NCBI GenBank assembly: GCA_000934665.2
Contig: KZ538899.1
Location: 1-41,583, forward strand
DNA length: 41,583 bases
Direction of reading: 5' to 3'
Origin: Catajapyx aquilonaris
Lineage: Eukaryota
Positions within the stretch are counted from its first letter, which is position 1. Every line of letters begins with the position of its first letter. The notes beneath the pieces were generated by a model that made no database searches, was not told the DNA's origin, and was given only the letters and a program-made list of their open reading frames with translations. The position numbers were made by a program, and so were the translations under genes. Below, piece by piece: positions 1-11,956 of this stretch.

Positions 1-29
1 GCCATCCATGTACTTTGCTGTGGAGGCAA

Positions 30-633
30 CCCTTACCAAAATCTTGGCTACCTAGCGGCTAGCTACATACGACATTATTATCCCAGTTAGCAAACCTTTG
101 TGGGCCTCATATTGGACCCACATGGGTTGGCTAACTGGGGATGGGGAAGTGGCTTTTTCGCTTTTTATTATTCTCTTCTTCGCATGGTTGGTTGCTTGGT
201 TTTCGTAGAAGTGCGGAGGTGCCAGGCTTGTATGGCTCTTTCATACCGCGGATTGTCCTGCTCGCACCAAACAGCATTGCCATTTAACGACTCTAGCAAA
301 TTAATGTCACAATGAAGTACCTCGGGGGTAAATGAGCCGCATGCAGTGGAGTATCCTGTCACCTTTGCACATGGGTAATGGCCAAAATTAATTCGCATTG
401 TTGTGGGATAAATCGGTGCAACGATACACCGACGGCAGCACCATCTCCACGCGGGAAGCTGCCCCACATTCGAATAAATTACTCGTCGCCAAGTAGCAGC
501 TAGCTCGTCATGAGGTCAGGAGAATATTTTGACAGCCGCGAGGTCCCGCGAGGTGGCGGCTATCCTGAGGCGAGCACGCCAGCTTCTGGCGAGGTAGCGG
601 CAAGATCGCGGCTAGGTTAAATTTCGGTAAGGG
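30..633. mobile_element. Putative non-autonomous DNA element with CCC...GGG termini (EnSpm/CMC-like)
   Basis: CCCTTACCAAAAT at 30-42 is inverted to ATTTCGGTAAGGG at 621-633 (1 mismatch). Repeated GCGAGGT(A/G)GCGGC-type subterminal motifs at about 535-615. No clear TSD. Confidence 0.45.
82..140. repeat. Short hairpin / mini-MITE (CCCAGTTAGC...GCTAACTGGG)
   Basis: Imperfect inverted repeat cccagttagcaaacctttgtggg / cccacatgggttggctaactggg; possible AT duplication on the flanks. Confidence 0.55.
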
Positions 634-639
634 CGGTTC

Positions 640-963
640 CTCCCGGCCGTCATGGAGGGGACACACTTCCACGGACACGCCCGTACTTGGCGTACTTACA
701 ACGCTTCAACAGACTGAGGGACAGGTGGGCCTGCGCCGGGGCATGCCCCTGTGGCGCTTGGATTCAGGACCCCGACCATCTGCTGGAATCCTGCTGTCTC
801 TCGGAAGTGGGGGCAGCCAGAAGCAAGGACCTTGATTAGCGCCCTGAGGCTGGTGGGCTGTGGGTGGCCGTGCTCGGGGGTGGAGCTGCTGGGAGCTGGC
901 TTGCGGGCCTTCACGGCTTTCTGCCTGGAGCTGGACCGGGTCCTTTCGGAGGAGAACGCATGA
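640..963 (+). pseudogene. 3' end of ORF2 of a decayed R1-clade-like non-LTR retrotransposon (copy 1)
   Basis: Manual translation from 681 gives PYLAYLQRFNRL...CPCGAWIQDPDHLLESC (CX1CX8HX4C knuckle at 744-794), preceded by a frameshifted GH(G) motif. After another frameshift it ends ...LDRVLSEENA* at 963. The T-rich sequence that follows is a plausible 3' UTR. Confidence 0.75.
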
Positions 964-1692
964 AGGATGGAGGGAAACTGGGCACTGGAGATGGGCTCGG
1001 GATTTTAGCGCCCTTTTTGGTTTTTTTTGGGGGGGTTTTACTCTTAAGAGTCTTACGCGTGTTAGGGTTTAGCTTCTTTAGGTTGGTTTACGGCATGGTC
1101 CTCTCCAAGTTTTTAGTCTTCTTCATTTGGGGGTTTTAATAGTTGTTAAGTCTTCGCATACGTCATTTACTGGGTGCAGCGGTCCCCCCCCCACCCCCGA
1201 ACCAGCGTTTAGCGGGGGTTACTGGCGGGGTCGACGGGGTGCTGTGGTGGCTTCCGCACGTCGACGTGGCTAGTGCGCCCGTAATAGTGGCCGGGTCGGA
1301 GGGGGCCGCTTGCTTGTTGTGGGATGGGACCATGCCTGCTTTAATTGTTAATCGTTAATGTGGTGCACGCGTTGTCCGTCTGCCGGGCCCCGGCTTGCCG
1401 TCATCTGCGCTTGCTTTTTGGGCCGTATGGTCGGGGCCCGGTGGTCTGTCGGGTCTTGTGTTTTACGTTGTGGTTTACGTTTGTGTTCGCGGAGACGGGC
1501 TGGTTCATTTACTTTTGCCCACTTCATGGGCGATATTTCTTTTTGAGGACATATTAGCATTCTGTAGCATGCTGGGACCGGCAATGGATTCGCCCGCTCT
1601 TCAAGTGGATAGTTTTAGCGTACTCTTGTTAGAATTTTGGCATAGTCACAGTGTCCTTGTGGACGTGTCCGTGTTCGCCTATTTGTTGCTTT

Positions 1693-2377
1693 ACTTACAA
1701 GGGAACGGTCAGCGTCGACAACCTCCGATTTGGTTGAAACTGCCATGAGGGGTCACTCATGTGCCATAGACACAATGGTGAAAGTGTTAGCTCGCAACGT
1801 CCAGCCGTTTCCGAGATATGAGCGACAGAAACATCCGAATTTTGGCCGCGTGCATTTGCCGGGAGCCGCTCTGCCAGCTCCAAATCCCTTCTACCTTGAT
1901 TCCCCCCACTTTTTTCGATCCCACACCACCAACCCCCACTCCCCCACCAACATTTTCGTTTTCCATAGTTTCTTTGCTCCGGTATTTATTATATGAGTTT
2001 TCCCATTACCCAATTTTAGGTATAGAAGCTCTTTATTCGCAGTTGACAGAAGCGAAAGAAAGCAGCTTGATGGTCTCATAATAAATACCGGAGCAAAGAA
2101 ACTATGGAAAGCGAAAATGTTGGTGGGGGAGTGGGGGATGGTGGTGTGGGATCGAAAAAAGTGGGGGGAATCAAGGTAGAAGGGATTTGGAGCCGGCAGA
2201 GCGGCTCCCGGCAAATGTGCGCGGCCAAAATTCGGATGTTTCTGTCGCTCATATCTCGGAAACGGCTGGACGTTGGGAGCTAACACTTTCACCACTGTGT
2301 CTATCGCACATGAATGACCCTTCAAGCCAGATTCAACCAAATCGGAGGTTGTCGACCCTGACCATTCCCTTGTTAGT
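1693..2377. mobile_element. Large foldback/MITE: ~305-bp inverted arms with 77-bp spacer
   Basis: Arm 1693-1997 is the reverse complement of 2075-2377 (hand count about 16 substitutions plus one 2-nt indel). The terminal 16-mer ctaacaagggaacggt recurs at 40460-40475. Confidence 0.9.
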
Positions 2378-2649
2378 TCTTTTCCCGACATTTTGTTTTT
2401 TTTGGCAGATTGTAGTTTTCTCCTTATGAGCCTTCTTTCTATAACTGTCTTTTGCTTTCTCACTTCTTGAGCCTTTTTGTTTTGGTCACGATTCTGATCG
2501 AGCCGGAGAGGATGTTGCGAGTCAATGTCGGGCCAACCTCTTTAAACACTAATTTTGATAGTGTCCTTGTTGACGGTTTGGCACATTGATCATGTGAAGA
2601 GGACGAGAAGCTATTGTCGGGCCGTCCTACTTTTAAATATTAAATTTCA

Positions 2650-4870
2650 AGTGCACTCATGCCGAACTGCACGAGGTTGTGTGGAGGATGTCACCCCACA
2701 AGGCACCACCAGGGCACGACGACTTGCCGCTGGCCTGCTTGCAGCGGATACTGGACGCCTTGCCAGGGTGCAGGTTACGGGTGCTGCGACGTCTGTACGA
2801 AGAGTGAGTCTTCTCGTCGTCGTGGAAGGAGTGCAGACTGGCCTGGATACCCAAGGGGCAGGACGGTGGTGTTCGTCCGATTTGTCTGGCTTCGGCCCTA
2901 GAACGGGCCTTGCAGAGAATCACAAATAACAGACTGGCTTACATAATGGAACGGGACGGATGGGTGGACGTCCGACTAGTTTGGCTTCAGGAGGCAGCAA
3001 GGCGTGCGGAGGCACTCGTGTGCTTGGTAGAGGGCCTGTACTCAATGGTGGCGGAGGGTTGGTTAGCAATTCTGGTCCTCACTCTCGACATTCGCAACGT
3101 CTTTAACTGCGTCATGCACGGGCAAGGTTGCCCATCTAGGCTAGAGAGCATCATCAGTGATTTCCTGGGCCCTAGGAACATCTGGTTGCACAGACGGCAA
3201 TAGGCTACTCCATGGACAGGGGCTGCCAGCAGGGGATAAACGTAGGCCCGACGCTATGGATAGTGGCCATGGATTGCTGGTTACGCTTGTTCCGGGACTT
3301 GGACGGAGCCCGGTATCACACACAGGCCTACGCGGACGACCAGGTGGTGGTGATCTAGGGGACCTCGCCGGCGGAGATGAAGAGGCTCTGGGGAGCGCTG
3401 GAGCGGCGGCTACCTGAGTAAGCGGCGGGACTCGGCCTGGAGTACAACGCAGGAAAGACGGCCGCTGTATTTATTGTCCATCCCGATCCCCATACCGCGC
3501 CAGGAAGTAAGGTTCCCAAACCCTCGAGGATCAGGCTAAGCTGACAGAGCATCAAATTCGCCACCAACGTGAGGATCCTGAGAGTGCAGGTGGACTAGGT
3601 CCTGACCTAAGCGCCCCATGCCCGACAGATTTTCACCGTGGTTCGGAACGTCGCTGCTGAAGTGTGGAGGGTGGCTGTCGCCAACTGTGGCCTGTCGTCA
3701 AGGAGCAGGAGCAGAGGAGCCTCGGCCGTGGGGGTCCAGAAACACGACAGGAAAGTCTTGCATCCATTCCTGCTCTCCGTGACCAGCACCTACCGGACCA
3801 CATCAACGGTGGCGCTCTACGTTCTGGAAGGAGTGGTTCCCCGGACATCAGGGTTCGGAACGCTTGGTGTGCCAGGCAGCAGATGCTGTGTCAGTTGGAG
3901 AATGGAACGACGCCCCGTCCGATGGCTCCAGGAGACTTGCCGGCCCCATGGGCATGGCAACGAACGGACGTCCCCATGTGGGAGGAGTGGCCATCCGACG
4001 CCAGCGCAGCGGAGTCATCTTTACGGATGGATCCGTCACGGACCAGAGAGCTGGAGGTGCGATGGTGAGAATTGCGGGCCCTCGCGAGATGGTGATGGTG
4101 AAGAGCCTTCCTTTCGTCCAGGCCACCTGCATCTACTACTGTACATTGAGCAGGAGATGGTGGTCCGGGCGGTGTAGTTGGCGGCCCGCGAGAGACCAAT
4201 CTGCAACGGCTACACCTGGATCATTTCCGACTCAGCCTCAGCGCTACAGGCAGTTTCCAACCCCTGGCCTCGCATCCGGTGGTGGTTCGGGCTCAGAGCG
4301 TGATGCGGGGTCCCGAGGCCTTCCATATCCGACTGGGCTGGGTGCGAGCGCACGTCGCGTCGGGACTCTCCGGAACGAGCAGACGGACCAGGCGGCGAAG
4401 GCAGCGACGCGACGGAGCTTCGGACCGGTCAGCTATACCTGGGTGACCCTCAACGAAACACAACGGCGAACTGGTACGAAAGGGCCTCCGATTGTGGCAG
4501 AAGGACTGGGAGCGCGATGAACTTGCATGGACGAGATAGTTCCTGCCGGAGATGGTCGTCGGCCAGATTAGAGAGGACCGGAGAGGACACATCGCCCAGC
4601 TCGTCGCGAACCACGGTCCCTTCCGTGCCTACTTGGGAAGGTTCAAACTGCTGCGGCTGGACAGGGCATCCTGAGGCGACACTTGCCAGTGCAGAGGAGG
4701 GAGCCAGGACGCGGCGCACATGTTACGAGACTGCCAGCTACCGGAGGTGGAGCAGGCGCGAGCAGCCCTATTGAGAGGGGCCGTCTGCAGTGGACTCGGG
4801 AGGCCGTGTCCTGGACGGGCGCGGGCGCGGGCGCCTACCGGACCATTCCAACAGTTTCTGTCTCACGGTC
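2650..4870 (+). pseudogene. 5'-truncated, decayed R1/LOA-like non-LTR retrotransposon ORF2 (RT + RNase H + CCHC), copy 2
   Basis: ELHEVVWRMSPHKAPPGHDDLP; SWKECRLAWIPK...VRPICL; LDIRNVFN; GCQQG..VGPTLW; YADD at 3329-3340; LEYNAGKT; TYRTTSTVALYVLEG; RNase H IFTDGS (4017-4034), WVRAHV and NEQTDQAAK; NHGPFRAYLGRF; CQCRGGSQDAAHMLRDC (4684-4734). Many stops and frameshifts. Confidence 0.92.
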
Positions 4871-5140
4871 ACACGACACCTGGCGAGCGTCAATGATGGC
4901 AGAGGGGAGATACGTAATTGATGACAGGAGTATAACCAACGCAGGCAGAATACACACACCAGGCGGCCGCGGGATCGGGCGGGCAGGAAGGGACCCCGAC
5001 GTCCGGTACGCAGCAGAGTAGGGCCTAGGCCTACATGCTTTATCTCTGGAGCCAGCGGGAGACGGGTGGGAGTCGAGGGGACCGGATGACCAGGACGTCG
5101 GGCTGTCCGGGAGGCTAATCACCACGTAAGTATCTGACTA

Positions 5141-5460
5141 TGTACTCATGTCAGATGGATGGGGAGGATGTTCCAACAGCTCCCATTCCAATTTCTGAGG
5201 AAATTTCCGAACAGCAATGGCCACATGACAGCAAAGACTGTCGTGGAAGACAATGGGCCCTCTCTGCCACAAATCCTTCCTCTTAAGGTGAATTTTGGGC
5301 GCAGATGATGTTGCAATATTATGATATTGATGCTGCTTTCCAATGTCCATTGCCACTTCCATGCAGGTCCATCGCTGGTCCATATCCAGAAAAGTTGTCA
5401 CAGCTTCCCCATGGGTCGGGTTTGTTGAGGTACGGAAGGGCGCCTTCCTTAAATGCTTGT
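5141..5460 (-). pseudogene. mariner-type (DD34D) transposase fragment
   Basis: ORF 5138-5473(-) contains KRKDLWQRGPIVFHDSLCCHVAIAVRKFPQKLEWELLEHPPHPSDM, matching the mariner pattern HDNARPH...LGWEVLPHPPYSPDL in degenerate form. Confidence 0.85.
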
Positions 5461-5562
5461 ACGAACCTCGCAATGGTAGGCTACGATACGGGAGGCACAG
5501 TCACCACACGTCTGCACAAGACCTTGATGCTGCTGTCTGGAAGATCTTTCACGTGCAACAGG

Positions 5563-5876
5563 GGGGCCGTCCAGACGGGCCAACCTTAGCCGCGGCTGGC
5601 CGCGGCCACGGCACCCGTTCTGAGCACATATTTTAATAACAGCCACCCGCATTTGTAATAGTGGCCGGTAGTCATGGCAGCGACGAAAAACAAGTGACGC
5701 GCAGTATCCGTCGCCGAGGCCAAGCCGTGGCCAAGCAGCGAGCCAACTTCCAGGAAGTCGGCCAACTTGGCCAATTTCTGAGCCGTGGCCTGGCCGTGGC
5801 CGTTGCCGTGTGAACCGTCGCGGCCTCGACTAGCAGCGGCCAGCCGCGGCTAAGGTTGGCCCGTCTGGACGGCCCC
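5563..5876. mobile_element. PIF/Harbinger-like MITE
   Basis: About 41-bp terminal inverted repeat (TIR) GGGGCCGTCCAGACGGGCCAACCTTAGCCGCGGCTGGCCGC; 3-bp TSD AGG at 5560-5562 and 5877-5879. Confidence 0.88.
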
Positions 5877-5932
5877 AGGGATCTTAATGAAACATGGCTG
5901 CCTTAGGGCGCTCAAGTAAATGGGTACCTGGT

Positions 5933-6040
5933 GTCCAACAAGAATTGTCGCAAGCGGCAGCGCACGAACTACAGTCTCTCGTATACCTGTGCTCGTAGAT
6001 TGTAGTTCGTGCGCTGCCGCTGCGACAATTCTTGTTGGAC
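5933..6040. mobile_element. Short palindromic MITE-like hairpin
   Basis: gtccaacaagaattgtcgca(a)gcggcagcgcacgaactaca is inverted at 6001-6040 with a short loop. Confidence 0.8.
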
Positions 6041-7108
6041 TGATAGTACACTTTGAACAGGCACTGATCAGCACATACTGCCGCGACTGTTTCGCAAATA
6101 TTACCGTAGGGTTCCCCAGGACTGACTCTAAAGTTAGCTATCCAAATTCGGTCCTGGCGACCTGGGGTGCCGAGTGGTAACGGTGTCGCCAATAATTATC
6201 GGACAATCCTCGCATATTCTGTGGCACATGAGCCATGCATATGCTTAAGGTCATGCCTTCATAAGACAAATAATACGAGCCATTGTTTTGCACCCTACCC
6301 TGAGAAGACACCCAGAAGGTATGAACTATTCTGATAAGGCACAATGTGTAAAAGACACCTTCAACCTTCTCAGTATTGTTCATGCTGTCTCTGTGGCTTT
6401 TCATCAGGGAAGGACACGAAACAATATAATAATATTATCACTTGCATAGCCTCCTTTGAAAAGGCACGTGTTTAAAAGTGCAGTTGCAAAATGGTTAAAC
6501 CAGGCATCCCACAAACCTGGGTATACTGTGTTTGTGAGAGACAGGGGTGGTCTGTTTTTGCAGCCGATTTTCATTCTGCACCTGTCTTCACACCTTACAA
6601 CACATGACACGACTTACATCGCACTATCATGACAGGTGACACTCTAAACCGCGGTTAGCATCCCATCACCTGCAGCAGTTATAAACACCCTGTATTCATA
6701 ACTGTCAAAAGCTCTCTTTGAAATATATCAATCAAGATGTCAGCTGGATGCGTATCCAGTGTGGGGGGAGGGGGGAGGTTGGCATTGTTGTTGATATCTC
6801 GTGCAGTGCCAGGGTTATTGTAGAGAGTCAACAGGGGGTAAAGGGCATTTGGTCCCAGATAACAGCAGATCGTGGGAGATAATTTGAGCGTTGGTTGGGG
6901 GGAGGTGGGCAAGGTGTGGGTGTAAAGGTCCTGAGGCCTAGAGTTGCCATAACCCGCTTCGCCTTTTGTCGCGTAGCAGTTTGGCCTTTCGCACCGACCT
7001 CGTATCTTGCATTAGCCGCCGCCATTCCTGAGGGTACAAAGGCTCCAAATGTCTCCATTAAAAGCAAATGGATCGCTCAAATAGTTGGCCCACTTGAGGG
7101 GTGGAAGT

Positions 7109-7134
7109 GGGGTGGGTGGGGTGGGTGGGGTGGG
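7109..7134 (+). repeat. (GGGGTGGGT)n G-run repeat, G-quadruplex-capable
   Basis: Six runs of 3-4 G separated by single T. Confidence 0.6.
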
Positions 7135-8312
7135 TTGATGAAGTTATTTGCAAAAGCGGCTAGGATCGATGCGAACACGCAGCCGCAAGGAGAAAAGCAT
7201 GGCTCTCTACACAATAACTCACCTCACAACTCCCCCCAACTATTTTACCCATCCCTGACGTGGCAGGGGGGAGGGGAGGGAGGTAGTGGGGCGAGGTGGG
7301 TATGTGGTGGGATTGTATATCTTCATTCTTCTCCACCCCTCCTCTTCGACAAAGTACCCCCTTTTCATATTTTCGCCTGTGGTTAATTAATGCAAAATGA
7401 ACGTCGCCGCGATTTGAATTAAGCACCGCTATTTTTCAGACTCCCTAGGGACGTGTTAGCACCTTATGCACTTTTTCATAATTGAAAATTGTTATTATTC
7501 AGGTGTGCAGTTTCCCCTTTTCAGATCCTGAACCACCGTAATTAAAATAAACTCGGTGTTTTTTGTATCCCACATCCGGATTGGAAGATGGCTGCGGTTG
7601 GTTAAGTGGACGCTGGCAGCGTTTTGCTATAATCAGGCCAGCTCAACTTGGAAACCGCAGCCATTTGCGGTTCTGGGGAAGCGGATCCTGCCTAACTCTT
7701 CCAGGTTAATAGCATTGTCTTGCCAGCTGGACACGACCAAGAGATTTTACGGCCCGGAAATGCAAAACCACGTCTATATACCGCCCGCGGACAAACATGG
7801 CTGCCATTCCAATGCATTTTCTCAAGCATTTCCTTCAGCAGATTGGTTGCTCCATTACACTAAGCATAAGGCCACAGACATGGTCGTAATAACCGATTAT
7901 GACATCTAATTGGCTGCATTTGCAGGGAAAAGGCTATATGGGGCCATCTATATCACTACAGATTCCCTTTTTGTCGTGCATCATATTGTTCCAGTGAGCA
8001 GATCACTGAACTGTGGGGATTTTCCTCAACTCCGGCTATTTTGGAAATGGTTGTACTCACATCCAATTCTGATGAAAGGAGGACTAGCCGAAGTCATTTA
8101 GCCAACTTGTTAAAATTGAGTAGAGCTAATTATTTTTTCATGCCGCGGAGCAAAAACAAGGTAAGACGACAATATACTATTATGTGCAGTGTACGTTTTA
8201 TAGGATTCGTAATAATACCTTTAACGTTTTAGGACGAACTCTTGGGCACCAGAGTATAGGTTGTCAGACTCGTTACTGAGAGAATTAATATTTTTTATTA
8301 ATTTTTTAAAAG

Positions 8313-8418
8313 TTTATTTATACCTCATTGGGAGATTAAGCGCTCCATTAGGGGGGGGGGGGTGGAGTACCACTATTGGATGGGACCAAGGATAGGGACG
8401 GAAGGAAGCGGCTAGCTG
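8313..8418 (-). mobile_element. 5'-truncated SINE family A (3' part)
   Basis: Reverse complement matches about 13105-13200 (ccctatccttgg.cccatccaat.gtggtactccacccccc..taatgg...ctcccaatg.ggtataaa). Confidence 0.85.
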
Positions 8419-8865
8419 GTGTGATCCATGGCTATACTGTTTCCCAAACCTCTGTGGCTGACTTTCTGGACCTATCAGGATCACTGTAACTATGATTGTA
8501 GAGGTGTCGTTTAGTCGATGCTACCAATCTGGTTACAGCGATAAGATGCTTCCAACACACGTACTTGTAATAGTGTGATAATAAATCTCCTTACAGGAGT
8601 GAGTAACCTATATTTTGGGCAACTTTTCCTTTTTTGAAAAGAAAATAACTCTTCGCTTTGTATTAAAAAGGCAAAGTCTCGTTTGAATGAGTAGTTTTCA
8701 TTAAAATTACTAACTCATTATTTTGATGTGGCAGAACTCTCCCAGGAAATGGATGTTTGGTGGCCTGGCTCTGCGTAAAAACTGCACTGTTTATTTAATG
8801 ATAATAATTATCTCATTACCTAAGCTGCCGAGACCATAATATTAAGATACTTCTACTCACGGGGA

Positions 8866-9204
8866 GGGGAGGCGGAGTGGTGCTGCGGTAACGTATGCAC
8901 CCACGGATGTTAAGGTCCCCGGGTTCGATCCCAGCCCGGGGACACCCCCTTCATCTCGTGCAGAGTTCAGGGTCACCTCTGGCTTCGTCTCGGGTGGTAT
9001 TTCCACAGACTAAACCACCCGGGGGAGTTCACTAGAAATGGCCACGGATAAGACATTGCACTACACCTTGCACATCCCCTCCTGTCATCCTGGGCCCGGG
9101 CATTTCAAAAATATGGTCTATGTACTGCAAGTTACAATAAATGTCCGTGCCTCATACCCTATATAGGGTCAGGCACTACCCAAGAATTATTATTATTATT
9201 ATTA
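8866..9204 (+). mobile_element. Complete tRNA-derived SINE (family C) with (ATT)n tail
   Basis: A-box-like head and B-box GGTTCGATCCC at about 8922-8932; (ATT)n tail; perfect 15-bp TSD TTCTACTCACGGGGA at 8851-8865 and 9205-9219. Confidence 0.93.
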
Positions 9205-9379
9205 TTCTACTCACGGGGATCGGCAAAGGTCCAGCAATGCAACCCTATATATCAGTTGGTATCATTGCAAAAAAACCCGCAGACGTAACATACTGCTCAC
9301 TTCAACTGGCTAATTTATGCCATGTTATCAGTATGGCTATCATTTTTTCTCGTAGTTAAAAATACCTATAACAACCTTG

Positions 9380-9690
9380 GTGCCAGCCAAGTCTAGTGGT
9401 TGGATGTTCAGGGTGTCATTTGAAGGTCCTGGTTCGAATTCCGCTGCCGACCATCCTGACTTAGGGGATATTTTCTCTGTGACTCCCTCGCTCCCTTATG
9501 CAAGGCAATTCTGGATGATTTCCTCTCGCATATATACCACGGCGGCTTCCTTTCCTGGCATTCTCCTCTACTATGAGTCGTACTGTACGACTTGGGCTAC
9601 GCCTTCTTCCTTTCACGCTTCCTTCGTAACTTGGTAATGATCATCTGCTACGGCGGTGATAAGGCTCCTTGGAGCCATAACGCATATTCC
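9380..9690 (+). mobile_element. Old diverged SINE related to family A
   Basis: B-box GGTTCGAATTCC near 9432, followed by ccatcctgac...ggc.gcttcctt, a body resembling family A; boundaries approximate. Confidence 0.65.
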
Positions 9691-10088
9691 CTTGAACAAA
9701 CCAAGGCCTTCAACTACTATGTACTTGTAATGTGATCCAACTGAATAATCGTCCGTTGGGGTTGGAAATGTTCCGCACTAAGCTTCTAATTTTTAATCAG
9801 TTACATTTCAGCAGTTACTTTTGGCGGTTATCGAAACATTAAATAGGCTAGGCCATGGCCGTCACTCTGTTTGATTGGAGCGTCTCTGGGACTGACCACG
9901 CCCCCTAGTTCCTCTTACCTGATTTCAAGATTTTTTCAGTAGGGTCTCTCTACCTTGCATTATGGGTGCATTTAGGCTGATATTGAGGGCTCTCGCTAAA
10001 CCCCTCGCCAAAGGAAACAAAAGAAAAACTATGGGAGACCATCACGCAGTTTCTCACCTATACTGTATAGTAGATAATATGACTTCTG

Positions 10089-10362
10089 CGAGGGCGACAC
10101 GGTGGAGGAGTGGTTAGAGCCGCAGCCTTCCACCTCTAACGTCCCGAGTGCGATCCCCGTGTCGGATGGATGATACTAACTTATGTGGATAGTTTCGATA
10201 GGTTCTCTCCGTGTTCGCGTGGATTTTCTCAGGGTTCTCCCGCTTCCTCCCACAATCAAAATACATCACAGAAAAGGCAATGATTAAAGTCGGTTAATTA
10301 AAAAGATGATCCCGTAAAAAGCCTAAGGAGGCTTATCACGGGGTATCCATTATTATTATTAT
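10089..10362 (+). mobile_element. Complete tRNA-derived SINE (family B, V-SINE-like)
   Basis: Head ggcgacacggtggaggagtggttagagc; core gttctctccgtgttcgcgtggattttctcagggttctcccgcttcctcccaca; (ATT)n tail; 14-bp TSD TAATATGACTTCTG at 10075-10088 and 10363-10376. Confidence 0.93.
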
Positions 10363-10552
10363 TAATATGACTTCTGTCAAGCTGAACACACCCACAATTC
10401 ATTGTGCCATACCCCGTGGGTGCCTTAACCTCATTGCACTAACATGAGTCCTAATCTAAGAGTGGGGTTCATATTCCATAATATTTCCTCAACCTTCTTC
10501 TTAAATCGCACCCAGCTGATTTCTCGTGTCCTTGTCTTTTCATCGCTTACTC

Positions 10553-10625
10553 CAGTGGTTCCCAACATTTTTTTGCTCGAGGCACCCCTATGCACACCGA
10601 AAATTCTGCTGAAGGCACCCCAAAC
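10553..10625 (+). mobile_element. hAT-type MITE end fragment
   Basis: Starts CAGTGGTTCCCAAC.TTTTT, like the hAT MITE at 37621; the partner end was not found. Confidence 0.55.
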
Positions 10626-11717
10626 TTTATACTCACAAGGGATCTTAACCGGGTGATAACTATACGGAACCGGATGAAATTGTATATGCTAATAGAGGAC
10701 AATACAGGGTCCGCCCTAGTTTTAACTTGCTACCTTTACGTAAGTTACTAGACCATGGTGTCGAAATTGTACATATGCGAAGGAACACTCAACAAGTTTA
10801 TGAAAAAAAAAATCAGTAGCCTTCCACGTGTGCTCCTTTGGTAGCAATCACTATTTTAAGCTGATAATCTCCGTCCTCCGAGGTTCTCTCCGTCATGTCA
10901 GGGGTGATGGAGGACACGTCATTATTTGGGCCGACCACGGACCACTTTAGTTGCATACTCTCTAACTTGGAGTTGTGGAAATGCCTAATTTTAAGCATGT
11001 CCAGCTCTTCTGTGATCGACTTAAGCTCGGCTAACCACCACACAACTTGTGTTTTTCCGTCTGTAGATACTATGTTTGCATCTTCCAACAGCAACCCCCA
11101 CAGGAACACCACTGCATCACATAGACCATTCCAAAATTCAGTATGAAACTTGTTGAGTCTCCAGACTGTTTAAACAACAATAACCTTATACCTCTGCATT
11201 TCTATTTTTTACCGCTCTATGAAACTAAGGAGGTTCATTGTGGACACGCTGGTATATGACAACCAAAAATGAAATATCTCGGCCTGAGGCCCATATTTGC
11301 AATCAAGTTATGGCGTGTGAAAGTGCCAAAAACAGAACCAGGGTCATTCCAAAAATAGGTTTCCCGTCACGATTATTTTCAGGTGAGGGGTGAGGGGTGA
11401 GCCACATTATTTTGGGTCTTCCTCGTGTCCTCTGCGCATGCGCAGGAGTAAGCGGAAGAAGCGATTTGAGCGCCGAAAGTGCCCGTGCCATAAGAGCTTG
11501 AGTCAAAAGACGTGCATGAAAGATGAAGTAAGATGCTGTTATCCGCGTGTTCCAGACAACAACTGATCTTTGCATTTTCGCCATAAAATGACGCGTGACT
11601 GACAATACTTCCTGCAGGGTACTGTACGGTACTAAATAAATTCCTGGATAAAAATAAGGATGAACGGAGTGAAAAAAAACTAGAAGAAAAGACGACGAAA
11701 ATAAGAGGGGGGGAAAA

Positions 11718-11791
11718 GGAGCGTCACGGGGACGTGAACCTGCAGCCTTCTGATCTATAGGCCAGCGCCCTACCAATACGCCAGAGCAGCC
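11718..11791 (-). mobile_element. Degenerate tRNA-like SINE head
   Basis: Reverse complement ggctgctctggcgtattggtagggcgctggcctatagatcagaaggctgcaggttcacgtcccc has degenerate A- and B-boxes at tRNA spacing. Confidence 0.5.
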
Positions 11792-11956
11792 ATCGCTTGG
11801 ATTGCTCCTTCCGATGGGGATTCTTATACAGCGCAGAGGTGAGGCCGCCGTTAAATGACCAATTACGTAGAGGGGGCGAGCGTGTTGATATTTTCAGTGC
11901 TGGAATATTAATTTTCACTGCTTGATGTAGGCAGGGGGTAGGGGTACGATGTACTA

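Noticed and set aside
1730..2463. Near-identical ORFs on opposite strands (1730-1996 on +, 1891-2463 on -) suggesting duplicated genes
   Set aside because: They are by-products of the inverted-repeat arms and show no protein motif.
960..2650. Lys-rich minus-strand gag-like ORF1
   Set aside because: Many stops and no zinc knuckle; better explained as the T-rich 3' UTR of the plus-strand element.
600..5130. rDNA or telomeric target context for the R1-like elements
   Set aside because: No recognisable 28S/18S sequence or TTAGG arrays in the flanks.
6521..6694. Complete Tc1-type MITE
   Set aside because: Only the right terminus ATAAACACCCTGTA is convincing; the left match is too weak.
10813..11112. 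99-aa minus-strand ORF as a host exon
   Set aside because: No recognisable domain or supporting neighbouring exons; the length is compatible with chance.
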